This document shows, piece after piece, positions 11,003 to 20,021 of a DNA stretch of 64,000 nt. A model generated the notes under the pieces. That model searched no databases, was not told the DNA's origin, and saw only the letters and a list, made by a program, of their open reading frames with translations. This DNA is from Spirochaetota bacterium (GTDB taxonomy: Bacteria > Spirochaetota > UBA4802 > UBA5550), in assembly GCA_963663865.1 (NCBI GenBank), contig OY760686.1, forward strand, positions 1,152,001 through 1,216,000, given 5' to 3'. The position numbers and the translations under genes are program-made. Every line of letters begins with the position of its first letter. Position 1 is the first letter of the stretch.

Positions 11003-11518
11003 AGTAGGGAGCCTGGCGGCTGTTTTCACGCTGAGAGCGTGGTACTGTGTTTGTTCGGGACGGTCTCGACCGTCCCGAACAAACTGTTTTCTGTGCGGAG
11101 CGGACAGGCTATTTTCCGCCACTTTTTTGTCGCGCCACAAAACTTGAACTGTTTTTAGGCAGGGGGCCTGCCTGTCATTTTTCACACTGGGAGTGTGAGA
11201 CCTTTTTCATCGACCACTTTCGTCCGGGCGAAAGTGGTCGACCCTGGGCGGCTTAGGCACTAGTTCATCCTGAACGTCGGCGCTGTGCGATTTGCATCCA
11301 TGAAAATCGCACTGGTTGCGTTCTTGAAGAAGGAGGCCTGCAGTTTAAAATTCCGCCATCAGGTTCCGGCACCCGGTAGAGCCGCCCAAATTGGGCGGCT
11401 CTACCCCACCATGACATGCTACGCGCCCCTTAGGAATAAGATGAGTCGGTAAGCCGAAGGCCGTAAAATTGGCGGCAGATTTCGTTCTGCCACTTTTCTA
11501 TCAAAAAGAAAAGCGGCA
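11003..11518. repeat. Multi-hairpin mosaic intergenic repeat, copy A
   Basis: Shares modules with 25314-25660, 36800-37200 and 41438-41818. Contains a 17-bp-stem palindrome at 11049-11084 and a GTAG-type REP at 11376-11404. Confidence 0.85.
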
Positions 11519-11529
11519 AAGATGATACA

Positions 11530-12513
11530 TCACTTTTTCTTCCCGAAATTTATCTCCTCTCTGACGTGATATGGAGGTTTCCCCTGGGATTCATGATAAA
11601 TTCTTGTCATTATCTCAGCGATAATTCCCATCTGGATGAAGATTAGACCGGCAATAACGAAGAGGATTGTCATGTATAGAAAAGGATTACCGGTCATGTT
11701 CATGCCCATATAGTACTTCATGAGAATGGTTGTGACCGTAGTAGCCAGTCCAAGCAGCATAAAAACAAGACCTGTTCCGCCGAAGATGTAAATCGGTTTT
11801 GTTGAAAAGGTTCCCATAAATTTCACGGTTATGAGATCCAGGAGCACCTTAAAGACACGCTTAAGTCCGTACTTTGATTTCCCGTATATTCTGGGATTAT
11901 GGTTTACGGGAACCTCGGTAATCCTTGCGCCCACCCATGACGCATGGACTGGAATGAAGCGGTGCATCTCGCCATATAGATTTACTTCCCTGAGTATTTC
12001 ACCCCTGTAGAGCTTGAGCGAGCATCCCAGATCGTGCAGTTTGACACCGGAGATTTTTGAGATAAGAGCATTGGCTATTTTTGAAGGAAGCTTTCTCGTA
12101 AAAGCCTTATCCTTTCTGTTGACTCTCCATCCGCTGACAACGTCGTATCCTTCATCCATTTTGTTAATCATCCTGGCGATATCATCAGCATCATTCTGCA
12201 GATCAGAGTCCATGAAGGCTATGAGGTTCCCGGTTGAGTAGTTTATCCCCGCGGACATGGCGGCAGTCTGGCCGAAGTTTCGTCTGAAGATGACAAGTTT
12301 AACTTTTTTATCCTTTGACGCAATCGATTTCAACTTCTCCTGTGAACTGTCAGTACTGCCGTCGTCTACAAATATAATCTCATAGCTTATTTTGAGGGCG
12401 TCCATTGCCTTTTTTACTTTACCATACTGAAGGTCAATGTTCTCTTCTTCGTTGTATACAGGAAGGATTAGTGATAAAAAGTGTTTACGGTTTATTTTAT
12501 TTGATGTAGCCAT
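11530..12513 (-). CDS. Family 2 glycosyltransferase (ArnC/GtrB-like polyprenol-phosphate transferase)
   Basis: LPVYNEE, VDDGSTD, RNFGQ, DSDLQ, YGEMHRFIP and two C-terminal TMs. Confidence 0.92.
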   Translation of the reverse strand: MATSNKINRKHFLSLILPVYNEEENIDLQYGKVKKAMDALKISYEIIFVDDGSTDSSQEKLKSIASKDKKVKLVIFRRNFGQTAAMSAGINYSTGNLIAFMDSDLQNDADDIARMINKMDEGYDVVSGWRVNRKDKAFTRKLPSKIANALISKISGVKLHDLGCSLKLYRGEILREVNLYGEMHRFIPVHASWVGARITEVPVNHNPRIYGKSKYGLKRVFKVLLDLITVKFMGTFSTKPIYIFGGTGLVFMLLGLATTVTTILMKYYMGMNMTGNPFLYMTILFVIAGLIFIQMGIIAEIMTRIYHESQGKPPYHVREEINFGKKK

Positions 12514-12583
12514 ATTATCCTCTCTAAGCTGTTATGGTCGATAAATCACTGTAATCGTCTGATGAAATTAACGGTTGCAAGTC

Positions 12584-14551
12584 CTATTTTTTATTTACTA
12601 TTTCTATGTAATCGGCAGTGATTTTAAAAGCCTCACGCAGGAAAAGGTCTTTTTTAAGGTCAACTTTGCCGTCCTGTTCTCCGGAGTCTCTGACTTCGTC
12701 GTTAAGTTTTTCCTGGTTTTTCCTGACATTGTCCGCTTCTTTTTTTAAACTCATTGTTTTCTGCGATAGCTGTTCTTTATACTTTTGAATCTTTCTTCTC
12801 AGCTCAAGGTATTCACTGTCTTTTGATAGTCTGGAAGTTGATAATGTTCTCAAACGTGAAAGTATGTAAGTGTTGACTTGCGACGTGTCTCTGGAGCGCA
12901 ACTGGCTGCCGATGGGTTCCCACTTTAAAGGATCAGGAAGCTTGTCCTCTCCAATGTCCCATATTGAAGTAAGAGACGGCACTACGATGTGGGGGGATAT
13001 TCCGTTAAGCTGGTTGGATGTTCCTCCCGGTTGATAAAAAAGATGTGTCGTGACCTTCATAGACCCATAGGGAAGTTCATTGTAAGATTGAACTGTTCCT
13101 TTTCCAAATGTATTGGTGGGTCCGATAACGATTCCTCTTTGATAGTCTTTTACGGCGCCGGCTAAAATCTCGGATGCGCTTGCGCTGAACCCGTCAACGA
13201 GAATGACAAGGGGGCCATTATACTTTCTGTAATCGTTCCCTATCATGCTTTCGGAGAAGGACAGTGTCTGGGCGAAATGATTGGGGGCTTTTATCTGAAC
13301 TACAGGGCGTTCTCCGAGAAACAGTCCTGCTATGTTGACTGACTCATTAAGCAGCCCGCCGGGATTGCCTCGAAGATCCACAATCATTCCATCAACCTTT
13401 TCTTCGATGCTCTTGTTTACAAAGTTCATCATATCGGAAGACGAGGAGGTGGTTCTCTCCTCGTTAAGATAAAATGACGGAAGGTTGATGTAGGCGATCT
13501 TTGCTTTCCTGCTATGGTGATTGAATTCTTTTATTTCAAGTTTTGCGGCGCTGTCTTCAAGGTTTATTCTGTCTCGTATGATAGGTATTATCTTTCTTTC
13601 CGGTGTTTTGGATGAGGGTGTATCTCTGAGTATGGTCAGTATAACCCTTGTTCCTTTTTTCCCCCTGATCTTTTTTACAACCTCGGAGAGTTCAAGTTCG
13701 ATGACATCTTCAGCTTCTTCGTCATCCTGCGCGACGGCAATAATCTTGTCGTTAGGTTTAAGCTGAAGCTTCTCCGGCAGCATGTCAGCGGGGCCGCCTT
13801 TTATTATTGATTCGACAGTAGTGAAGCCATCCTGTTGACGGAGCCTTGCTCCTATGCCTTCGAGTTTAAGCTCCATCGATATCTTGAAATCCTCAGTCTC
13901 TTCCATTGAAAGATATGAAGAATGAGGGTCAAGTGAGGCCGCAAAAGCGTTTACGAACCTTGCCAGGATATCATCCTTATTTGCCTTTTTGACTTTATTG
14001 TGAAACCATGTGTATTTTTTCTTCAGGTATTTTTGAGCGTATTTGATATCCTTCCCGATGGTAATGTAGTTGAGAATCTGTAGTTTAACTCTCTTTCGCC
14101 AGCGTTCCTCCATCTCCTTTTTGTCTACGGCATAAGCTGTTTTTTCCCTGTCGATTGTTATATCCTCATCAATTGAGAAATCATGCTTTACATCAAGAAG
14201 CTTTAGCGAAAGGATAAAGCTCTCATTGTACCGTTCAAGAAAGGTGTTGTATATCTGGAAGATTGGCTCGTAGTTTGAACTGCTGATATAATCGTCGAAT
14301 AAATACTTATGCTTGTTAAAAGTATCAATATCTGATTTATAAAAGTAGTATTTGCCCGGATCAAGGGCTTTGATGTAGTTGTCGAGTGTTTTCTCCGAAA
14401 GCTCGTCTGACAGCTGGTTCTTGTTGACGTGCATGTATAGAAATTCGCCGATAACGGAACGGACATCGTCCTCTTTTAGGCCCTGCGATTTCTTTGTGCA
14501 GGAAAAAACGAGCAGCAGTGTCATTATGGGGATAAGAAAATTTCTGATCAT
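12584..14551 (-). CDS. Carboxy-terminal processing protease (S41A, Prc/Tsp-like), probable lipoprotein
   Basis: LDPHS, PDZ GIGA, DLRGNPGG, SASASE catalytic Ser, TFGKG Lys. Lipobox-like VFSC when started at ATG 14551. Confidence 0.92.
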   Translation of the reverse strand: MIRNFLIPIMTLLLVFSCTKKSQGLKEDDVRSVIGEFLYMHVNKNQLSDELSEKTLDNYIKALDPGKYYFYKSDIDTFNKHKYLFDDYISSSNYEPIFQIYNTFLERYNESFILSLKLLDVKHDFSIDEDITIDREKTAYAVDKKEMEERWRKRVKLQILNYITIGKDIKYAQKYLKKKYTWFHNKVKKANKDDILARFVNAFAASLDPHSSYLSMEETEDFKISMELKLEGIGARLRQQDGFTTVESIIKGGPADMLPEKLQLKPNDKIIAVAQDDEEAEDVIELELSEVVKKIRGKKGTRVILTILRDTPSSKTPERKIIPIIRDRINLEDSAAKLEIKEFNHHSRKAKIAYINLPSFYLNEERTTSSSSDMMNFVNKSIEEKVDGMIVDLRGNPGGLLNESVNIAGLFLGERPVVQIKAPNHFAQTLSFSESMIGNDYRKYNGPLVILVDGFSASASEILAGAVKDYQRGIVIGPTNTFGKGTVQSYNELPYGSMKVTTHLFYQPGGTSNQLNGISPHIVVPSLTSIWDIGEDKLPDPLKWEPIGSQLRSRDTSQVNTYILSRLRTLSTSRLSKDSEYLELRRKIQKYKEQLSQKTMSLKKEADNVRKNQEKLNDEVRDSGEQDGKVDLKKDLFLREAFKITADYIEIVNKK

Positions 14552-14716
14552 CAGCCTTTCTCCAAAGTCGAATATTAGGGTCTGAAGTAACGCGGACACT
14601 AAAAAATCATAGTAGGATTTCTACGGCTCTATCGTCAATTACAATTGACCGGTGTATCGGGATTTTTTATTGACACGACAGCACAAAAAACTGAGACTCT
14701 TCACAACTAACCGGAG

Positions 14717-16171
14717 ATGGATATGATTTACGATAAGACAATACATGAACTTTCTGAACTGCTTGACAGCGGCAAATTATCAGCTGTTGAGATAGCATCG
14801 GAATTAATCAACAGGGCTGAAAAGCATAATCCTGTCATAAATGCCTTTATTACGGCACCCGGTGAGGATTTGTTAAAGGCTGCTGAAGAATCAGACAGAA
14901 GGAGGGCCGCAGGGCAAAAGCTTTCTCCTTTCGATGGCATTCCAATAGCTGTGAAGGACAACATAAATGCTGCCGGTGTAAGAACAACCTGCGGTTCAAA
15001 AATACTCTCAGAATTTGTTCCGGCTTTTGATGCCTCGTCGTACTCCAAAATGAAAAAGATGGGCTTTCTCCTTCTTGGCAAGACCAATATGGATGAGTTT
15101 GCCATGGGCTCAACGAACGAGACCTCTTTTTTCGGCGCCGTCAAAAACCCGTATGACACAGAGCGTGTTCCCGGCGGCAGTTCGGGAGGTTCAGCCGCGG
15201 CCGTTTCAGCCATGATGGCGCCGGGAGCCCTGGGATCCGATACAGGAGGTTCAATCAGACAACCAGCCGCATTCTGCGGAGTCACTGGTATAAAGCCGAC
15301 ATACGGAAGGGTTTCAAGGTACGGACTTGTGGCTTTCGCCTCATCACTTGACCAGATTGGGACTTTCGCCCGGTCGGTTGATGATGCTGCTCTTCTCCTT
15401 GCTGCAATTTCAGGACATGATCCTAAGGACAGCACTTCAGTTGAATGCCCGGTCGATTTCGGCCCTGGTTCAATTTCAGATGATGTTAAGGGCATGAAAA
15501 TAGGTGTGCCCGATGAATATTTCAAGGGGACCGATCCTGAGATTAAGGATATGGTCATGTCCAGGGTAAAAATGCTTGAAGATGCAGGAGCTTCAATAGA
15601 GACAATTTCTCTGAAGCTGACAGACTATGCCATACCGCTCTACTACCTTATAGCTACCGCGGAGGCCTCGTCCAATCTGGCACGCTTTGACGGTGTGCGT
15701 TACGGCTACCGTTCCCCTTCCGCGGAATCACTGGAAAGCCTTTACACGCTTTCGAGAAGCGAAGGCTTCGGCAAAGAGGTAAAAAGGCGTATTATCCTGG
15801 GAACATTTTCGCTCAGCTCTGGATATTATGATGCATACTATCTTAAGGCTTTGAAGGGAAGGGCGCTCCTGGTGGAAGATTACCGTCAGGCTTTTTCGAA
15901 GGTTGACGCGATAATAACTCCTACGTCCACTTCGGCGGCTTTCAAAATAGGCGAGATGATGACCGACCCGCTTCAAATGTACATGTCGGACATTCTGACC
16001 ATATCGGCCAACCTCGCGGGAATTCCCGGAATAAGCATTCCGGCAGGTTTGAACAGCCAGGGGCTTCCGGTAGGACTTCAAATTATGGGGAACCACTTTG
16101 AAGAGAACAAGATACTCGGCCTCGCGCGTTTTATCGAGAAGAACAGTGAAAGGATATCGCCGACTTTATAA
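14717..16171 (+). CDS. gatA: Glu-tRNA(Gln)/Asp-tRNA(Asn) amidotransferase subunit A
   Basis: Amidase signature GGSSGGS and GSDTGGSIRQP, SNLARFDG, EVKRRI. Confidence 0.97.
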   Translation: MDMIYDKTIHELSELLDSGKLSAVEIASELINRAEKHNPVINAFITAPGEDLLKAAEESDRRRAAGQKLSPFDGIPIAVKDNINAAGVRTTCGSKILSEFVPAFDASSYSKMKKMGFLLLGKTNMDEFAMGSTNETSFFGAVKNPYDTERVPGGSSGGSAAAVSAMMAPGALGSDTGGSIRQPAAFCGVTGIKPTYGRVSRYGLVAFASSLDQIGTFARSVDDAALLLAAISGHDPKDSTSVECPVDFGPGSISDDVKGMKIGVPDEYFKGTDPEIKDMVMSRVKMLEDAGASIETISLKLTDYAIPLYYLIATAEASSNLARFDGVRYGYRSPSAESLESLYTLSRSEGFGKEVKRRIILGTFSLSSGYYDAYYLKALKGRALLVEDYRQAFSKVDAIITPTSTSAAFKIGEMMTDPLQMYMSDILTISANLAGIPGISIPAGLNSQGLPVGLQIMGNHFEENKILGLARFIEKNSERISPTL

Positions 16172-16622
16172 GACGGCATTGACCGCTGCGGCATTTATAT
16201 TTGTGTCGTGTTCTCATTATCAAGAGGCTGTAATATACGATGCTCTTGAGTTCACCGTCCACGAAAAGGAAGCGGTCTATTCAGCTGTCTACGGTGAAAG
16301 GCCGGTAAAGACCAGGCGCTACTATTTTAAGGGAATCCGCCGCTTTGATTTTTCGTCGCATACGGAAGAACAGATGGAAATAGCCCTGCATGCCGTGAAG
16401 AGTTTCGAGGCGGGGCGTTTTGAAGAGGCCTTAAACCTTTTTAACAACCTTTCAAAATATGACAGTATCAGGGCCCAGTCATGCAACAATGCCGGAATTG
16501 CCCTTGAATCCATGAAGAGGCAAGGTGAAGCGATTGATATGTACCTGAAGGCTTCGATGTACAGGCCTGACTCCGATATATACCGGAAAAACTTTTTAGC
16601 CTGCATGGCAGGAGGAGTTTAA
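16146..16622 (+). CDS. TPR-containing putative lipoprotein
   Basis: Lipobox-like FVSC and TPR-like NNAGIALE...EAIDMYLKA. Start uncertain (GTG 16146). Confidence 0.6.
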   Translation: MKGYRRLYKTALTAAAFIFVSCSHYQEAVIYDALEFTVHEKEAVYSAVYGERPVKTRRYYFKGIRRFDFSSHTEEQMEIALHAVKSFEAGRFEEALNLFNNLSKYDSIRAQSCNNAGIALESMKRQGEAIDMYLKASMYRPDSDIYRKNFLACMAGGV

Positions 16623-16623
16623 A

Positions 16624-17172
16624 ATGCGGCCGCTGTTGGGTTCGTTATGTTATATAATTATAGCAATTGTTCCAGCCTCCGCGCTTCAGGTTTCGTATTC
16701 ATTTGGGGGGGGATATAGCTGGAATGCCGATGATGACACTCCTTTCGGGAAGGGAGGAATATCAATCATTCAGCCGGTTGTCGAGGATTTCTCTGTCGGA
16801 CTGGAATACAATATCGTTAGCAGTATCCATCCGGATTTTGAGGCACCGGCATCACTCTTCGAGCTTTCATGCAGAAAGTATTTTTATGATGTGCCTGCAA
16901 AATACGGCGTTGACTCTTTCTATCCGTTCGCCGCGGTGCTCCCCGCGGTATTGTATCGGCAGAATCGTGATCTTGTGCCCGGGATTGAAATACAGCTTGG
17001 CTTTGACCTGATGTACGAGACGTGGATGATAGACCCGATCAGCTATTCCATGTCATGGCTGGCCAGGTCAAGACAGCTCATCTCTGTGGTCTTCTACGCT
17101 ACCGGCCTTTATATGAAGGACTACTGGAGCGGTGATTCTGGTATCAGAGTTTACTCCGGGACTCTGTTCTAA
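16624..17172 (+). CDS. Hypothetical exported protein, possible beta-barrel
   Basis: Signal peptide (ASA), alternating aromatic/hydrophobic strands and a terminal Phe. Confidence 0.5.
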   Translation: MRPLLGSLCYIIIAIVPASALQVSYSFGGGYSWNADDDTPFGKGGISIIQPVVEDFSVGLEYNIVSSIHPDFEAPASLFELSCRKYFYDVPAKYGVDSFYPFAAVLPAVLYRQNRDLVPGIEIQLGFDLMYETWMIDPISYSMSWLARSRQLISVVFYATGLYMKDYWSGDSGIRVYSGTLF

Positions 17173-17359
17173 GAAGCGAACTGGCAAATGATGACCGAGA
17201 GCTTTATCCCCCCTTTTTTACATTACAGTCAAAAGTTGTTTCTCTAAACAAAAATTGATTTTATTTCAATCAGCCTGTACCTTTTGTGAGTGGTGTTTTT
17301 ATACAGCTTGAAATGATGAGGGCTGTTTTGGTGTGATTCAAGTAAAAAGGAGGCAATGT

Positions 17360-17653
17360 ATGAAAGCCGGACTGCTTATGACCGGGAATGGAGCGCTGGT
17401 ATACCTGACATCTCATAAGGCTTATATTGATGATAGCCTTGTCGAGAAGTTCATAAGTAAGGGAATAGACAAGTTTATTGCCTACGAACTGCCGGTGGAA
17501 GAGGCAAGGAAGCGTTACGCGGGTCATTTCGACAGGGTGATACAGGATTTGCGTGAAACCGATGATCTGAGAATACTGGATTATGACGGCTCAAGGGCTT
17601 TCAAGATTTTTTCATTTAAGGAACTCGGAAAGCAGTATATGTATGAGGGATAG
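17360..17653 (+). CDS. Conserved-looking small hypothetical cytosolic protein
   Basis: AAGGAGG RBS before ATG 17360 and natural composition (GIDKFIAYE, DLRILDYDG). Confidence 0.7.
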   Translation: MKAGLLMTGNGALVYLTSHKAYIDDSLVEKFISKGIDKFIAYELPVEEARKRYAGHFDRVIQDLRETDDLRILDYDGSRAFKIFSFKELGKQYMYEG

Positions 17654-17701
17654 TAATTCTTGTTTTAAATTATTCGTAGTTAGCGTGGTGTCCGAGCGTT
17701 G

Positions 17702-17736
17702 AAAAAAAAGGGCTTCCCGACGAAACGGAAAGCCCT
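17702..17736 (-). terminator. Rho-independent terminator between convergent genes
   Basis: AGGGCTT(T/C)CCG stem followed by T8 on the minus strand, just after the 17743 stop. Confidence 0.75.
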
Positions 17737-17742
17737 GAGGTA

Positions 17743-18708
17743 TTAATACTTATTCATCAACCGTTCAAGAGCATTTTTAGCCTTTGGATATTTCTCCTGA
17801 TTGGATATTCTTTGAATGTTCTTTTTGAAGCCGGGCTTTGCGAGGTTTACAACAAATCCGCCCCCGGAAAGGTTGGTCTGTGCAAGCTGGTCAAATACCA
17901 GGTATCTGAGCTCGTTGTCTCTGTTATCGGATGCTGATTTCACGATTGTATCTACCATTGTGAATCTTTCTGTCGCATCCATCTTGTTCAGGTGGTTAAG
18001 AAGGACATTGCCTCTGTTTTCATTAATAAACTGGCTGGAATTTGCAGTCTTCATGTATGTTTCCATAACGTACTTTGAGCCAAGCGCCTGGGAGAGGCTG
18101 GTCGAAGAACCCTGAGAGCTTTTGTTTTGCTCGTTCGAAGCAGCTTTTTTTTCTCTCATGTATGCTGCATAGTTGAATAATTTATAGCTATTGCCATCCT
18201 CGTAGTAGATGTTCCATTCCTGGTTCGAGCCGTTATTGTGGCCGTAGGGTATGACAGCCTGTCCCTGTTTTTTTTTGCTAACTCCGCCCTGCGCATCGGC
18301 GACTTTTCCGTTTGAGAGTTTTATTATGAAGCGTGAATCGTTAACCATAAGAAATTTCACATATTCCGGCCTGCTGTCTGTGGCTAAAATCTCGTGCTTT
18401 TTCTTGATCAGTTTTCCTGTTTTAATTGTTTTTGTGTTCAGGTACTTGCCCTCTCCAATGTTTCTGAGTCTGAATTCACCATTAGAGCCGTTCTTATGTG
18501 CTGACCATTGTTGATCTCTGTTGGTTCTATTTATGGAGTAAAGCTTGATTTCACCGTTTTTTGCCTCCATGTACATATTAGTTCCAGCGTTTTTGATAAA
18601 AATTTTCTCCGGAAGCTCGGTGATGACACTGTAATTTTTTGCCGAAAGCGCAGACAGTCCCACCAGGACAAAAAGCAGCGAGACAGAGAGAGTTATAAGT
18701 TTTTTCAT
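17743..18708 (-). CDS. Secreted protein with ricin-B (beta-trefoil) lectin domain and helical C-terminus
   Basis: Signal peptide (LSA), QxW motifs (QQW, NQEW), GKYL and GKVAD repeats, S/Q/N-rich linker. Confidence 0.65.
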   Translation of the reverse strand: MKKLITLSVSLLFVLVGLSALSAKNYSVITELPEKIFIKNAGTNMYMEAKNGEIKLYSINRTNRDQQWSAHKNGSNGEFRLRNIGEGKYLNTKTIKTGKLIKKKHEILATDSRPEYVKFLMVNDSRFIIKLSNGKVADAQGGVSKKKQGQAVIPYGHNNGSNQEWNIYYEDGNSYKLFNYAAYMREKKAASNEQNKSSQGSSTSLSQALGSKYVMETYMKTANSSQFINENRGNVLLNHLNKMDATERFTMVDTIVKSASDNRDNELRYLVFDQLAQTNLSGGGFVVNLAKPGFKKNIQRISNQEKYPKAKNALERLMNKY

Positions 18709-18917
18709 GTGTTCCTCCTTATTGTTTCATAATAGTTTATCAGCCAAAAACAATACGTCAAGTATTAATAGCCAAAAAAAACTACATAAAACCGCAATTT
18801 GAATAAAAATTTATCATTGCTCTTTGTGTGTTCAGAGCTTAATTTAACGTCAGGGAAGACATGATTCTACGCCTTTTACAATTGAAGCGATGAAAAGAGG
18901 ATAAATGGATCCCCTCT

Positions 18918-19616
18918 TTATCTGACAAGGACCTCTTTGATATGGTCCCTGCAGATATCCGCCAGCCTGGCGGCTGTTTCAGGCGATGTTTTTTCGGTTT
19001 TTCTCAATTCAACTGACGGGATGTTGTCTCTGGGAACAAAACGCTGAATAATAAACTTTTTAACTCCCTTAAGCTCTGAGCACATCTGCCTTATTACTGC
19101 ATCGCTGTGAATGCCTGGAACCGCAGTTGTGCGGATCTCGTAATCTAAACCCGAGTTTATAAGCAGTTCAAGGCTCTTGAGGACCTTTTCCTTATTGTTT
19201 ATGACCTGAGTGACGGTGCTGTACTGCTCGGCAGGCATTTTGTAATCCATGGCTATGTAGTCACAGTACTTCAGGCATTCCTTAAGGGTTTCTGGAAAGC
19301 TGCCCTGTGTGTCGAGTTTGATCTTGAATCCCCTTGACTTGATGAATTCAAGCGTTTCGGGAAGCTTCTTCCTTAGAGTCGGCTCTCCCCCGGTAATACA
19401 CACCGCATCAATCCAGTTCGCCTTCGCCCTTGCGAGCACTTTGCCGAGTTCTTCGAAAGAGATAAAGCTCTCTGAAGACGGAATAAGCTCAGGGTTGTGG
19501 CAGTACACGCATCTGAAGTTGCATCCTGAAGTAAAGAAGAGAAGGGCAAGGTGCCCTTCGTAGTCTATTGTTGATTCGCTTCTGCTGAATGAGAAAAGAG
19601 CCGAGTGACCTGTCAT
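18918..19616 (-). CDS. nrdG: Anaerobic RNR activating radical SAM enzyme
   Basis: CNFRCVYC, ITGGEP and YEIRTT motifs; last gene of the nrdD operon. ATG 19616 avoids overlap with the upstream gene. Confidence 0.88.
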   Translation of the reverse strand: MTGHSALFSFSRSESTIDYEGHLALLFFTSGCNFRCVYCHNPELIPSSESFISFEELGKVLARAKANWIDAVCITGGEPTLRKKLPETLEFIKSRGFKIKLDTQGSFPETLKECLKYCDYIAMDYKMPAEQYSTVTQVINNKEKVLKSLELLINSGLDYEIRTTAVPGIHSDAVIRQMCSELKGVKKFIIQRFVPRDNIPSVELRKTEKTSPETAARLADICRDHIKEVLVR

Positions 19617-19617
19617 G

Positions 19618-20010
19618 TCAGTTCTCGCGGGCAAGGGCCAAAAGCTCTTTGATCTGAACAGGCTTGATCCGTGGATCAGCAAGGCTGTAATCTGTTTCGA
19701 GCTGAAGATATGCCGGTACGAATTCATAGATGCCCGAGGATTGCTGCTCGGGCCTCGGGTCTTCAGCCTTGACGTACGAAGCTGTTTCTTCAGAGTACCT
19801 CATAATCTGGAGTGCTGGAATCCTCTGTCCGTTGACCGTTTCAGCGGTTGCGTAGGCTTCCATTCCCTCAACCGTCGACAGATTCTGGTAATCGAGCTCG
19901 AATTCTTTGCTGTATTCTGGGCTCGATAGAATATCGATAACTTCATTTTTAAGCTCAGCGCATTTCGGGCAGTTGTCTTTTCCGTATATTACAATCAGTT
20001 TCTTTTCCAT
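19618..20010 (-). CDS. Thioredoxin/glutaredoxin-like protein (CPKC)
   Basis: IYGKDNCPKC, EGMEAY and cis-Pro-like IPAL; GAGG RBS before ATG 20010. Confidence 0.75.
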   Translation of the reverse strand: MEKKLIVIYGKDNCPKCAELKNEVIDILSSPEYSKEFELDYQNLSTVEGMEAYATAETVNGQRIPALQIMRYSEETASYVKAEDPRPEQQSSGIYEFVPAYLQLETDYSLADPRIKPVQIKELLALAREN

Positions 20011-20021
20011 TATTTCCTCTA

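Noticed and set aside
10868-11256. Short ORFs inside mosaic repeats (also 25465-25680, 36838-37172 and 41414-41689)
   Set aside because: They are open frames through palindromic repeat DNA without RBS; their mutual similarity reflects the DNA repeat.
14728-15558. Long antisense ORFs over known genes (also 7042-7761, 54910-55422, 56323-56877 and 57349-57861)
   Set aside because: Shadow frames opposite well-supported genes, with no motifs of their own.
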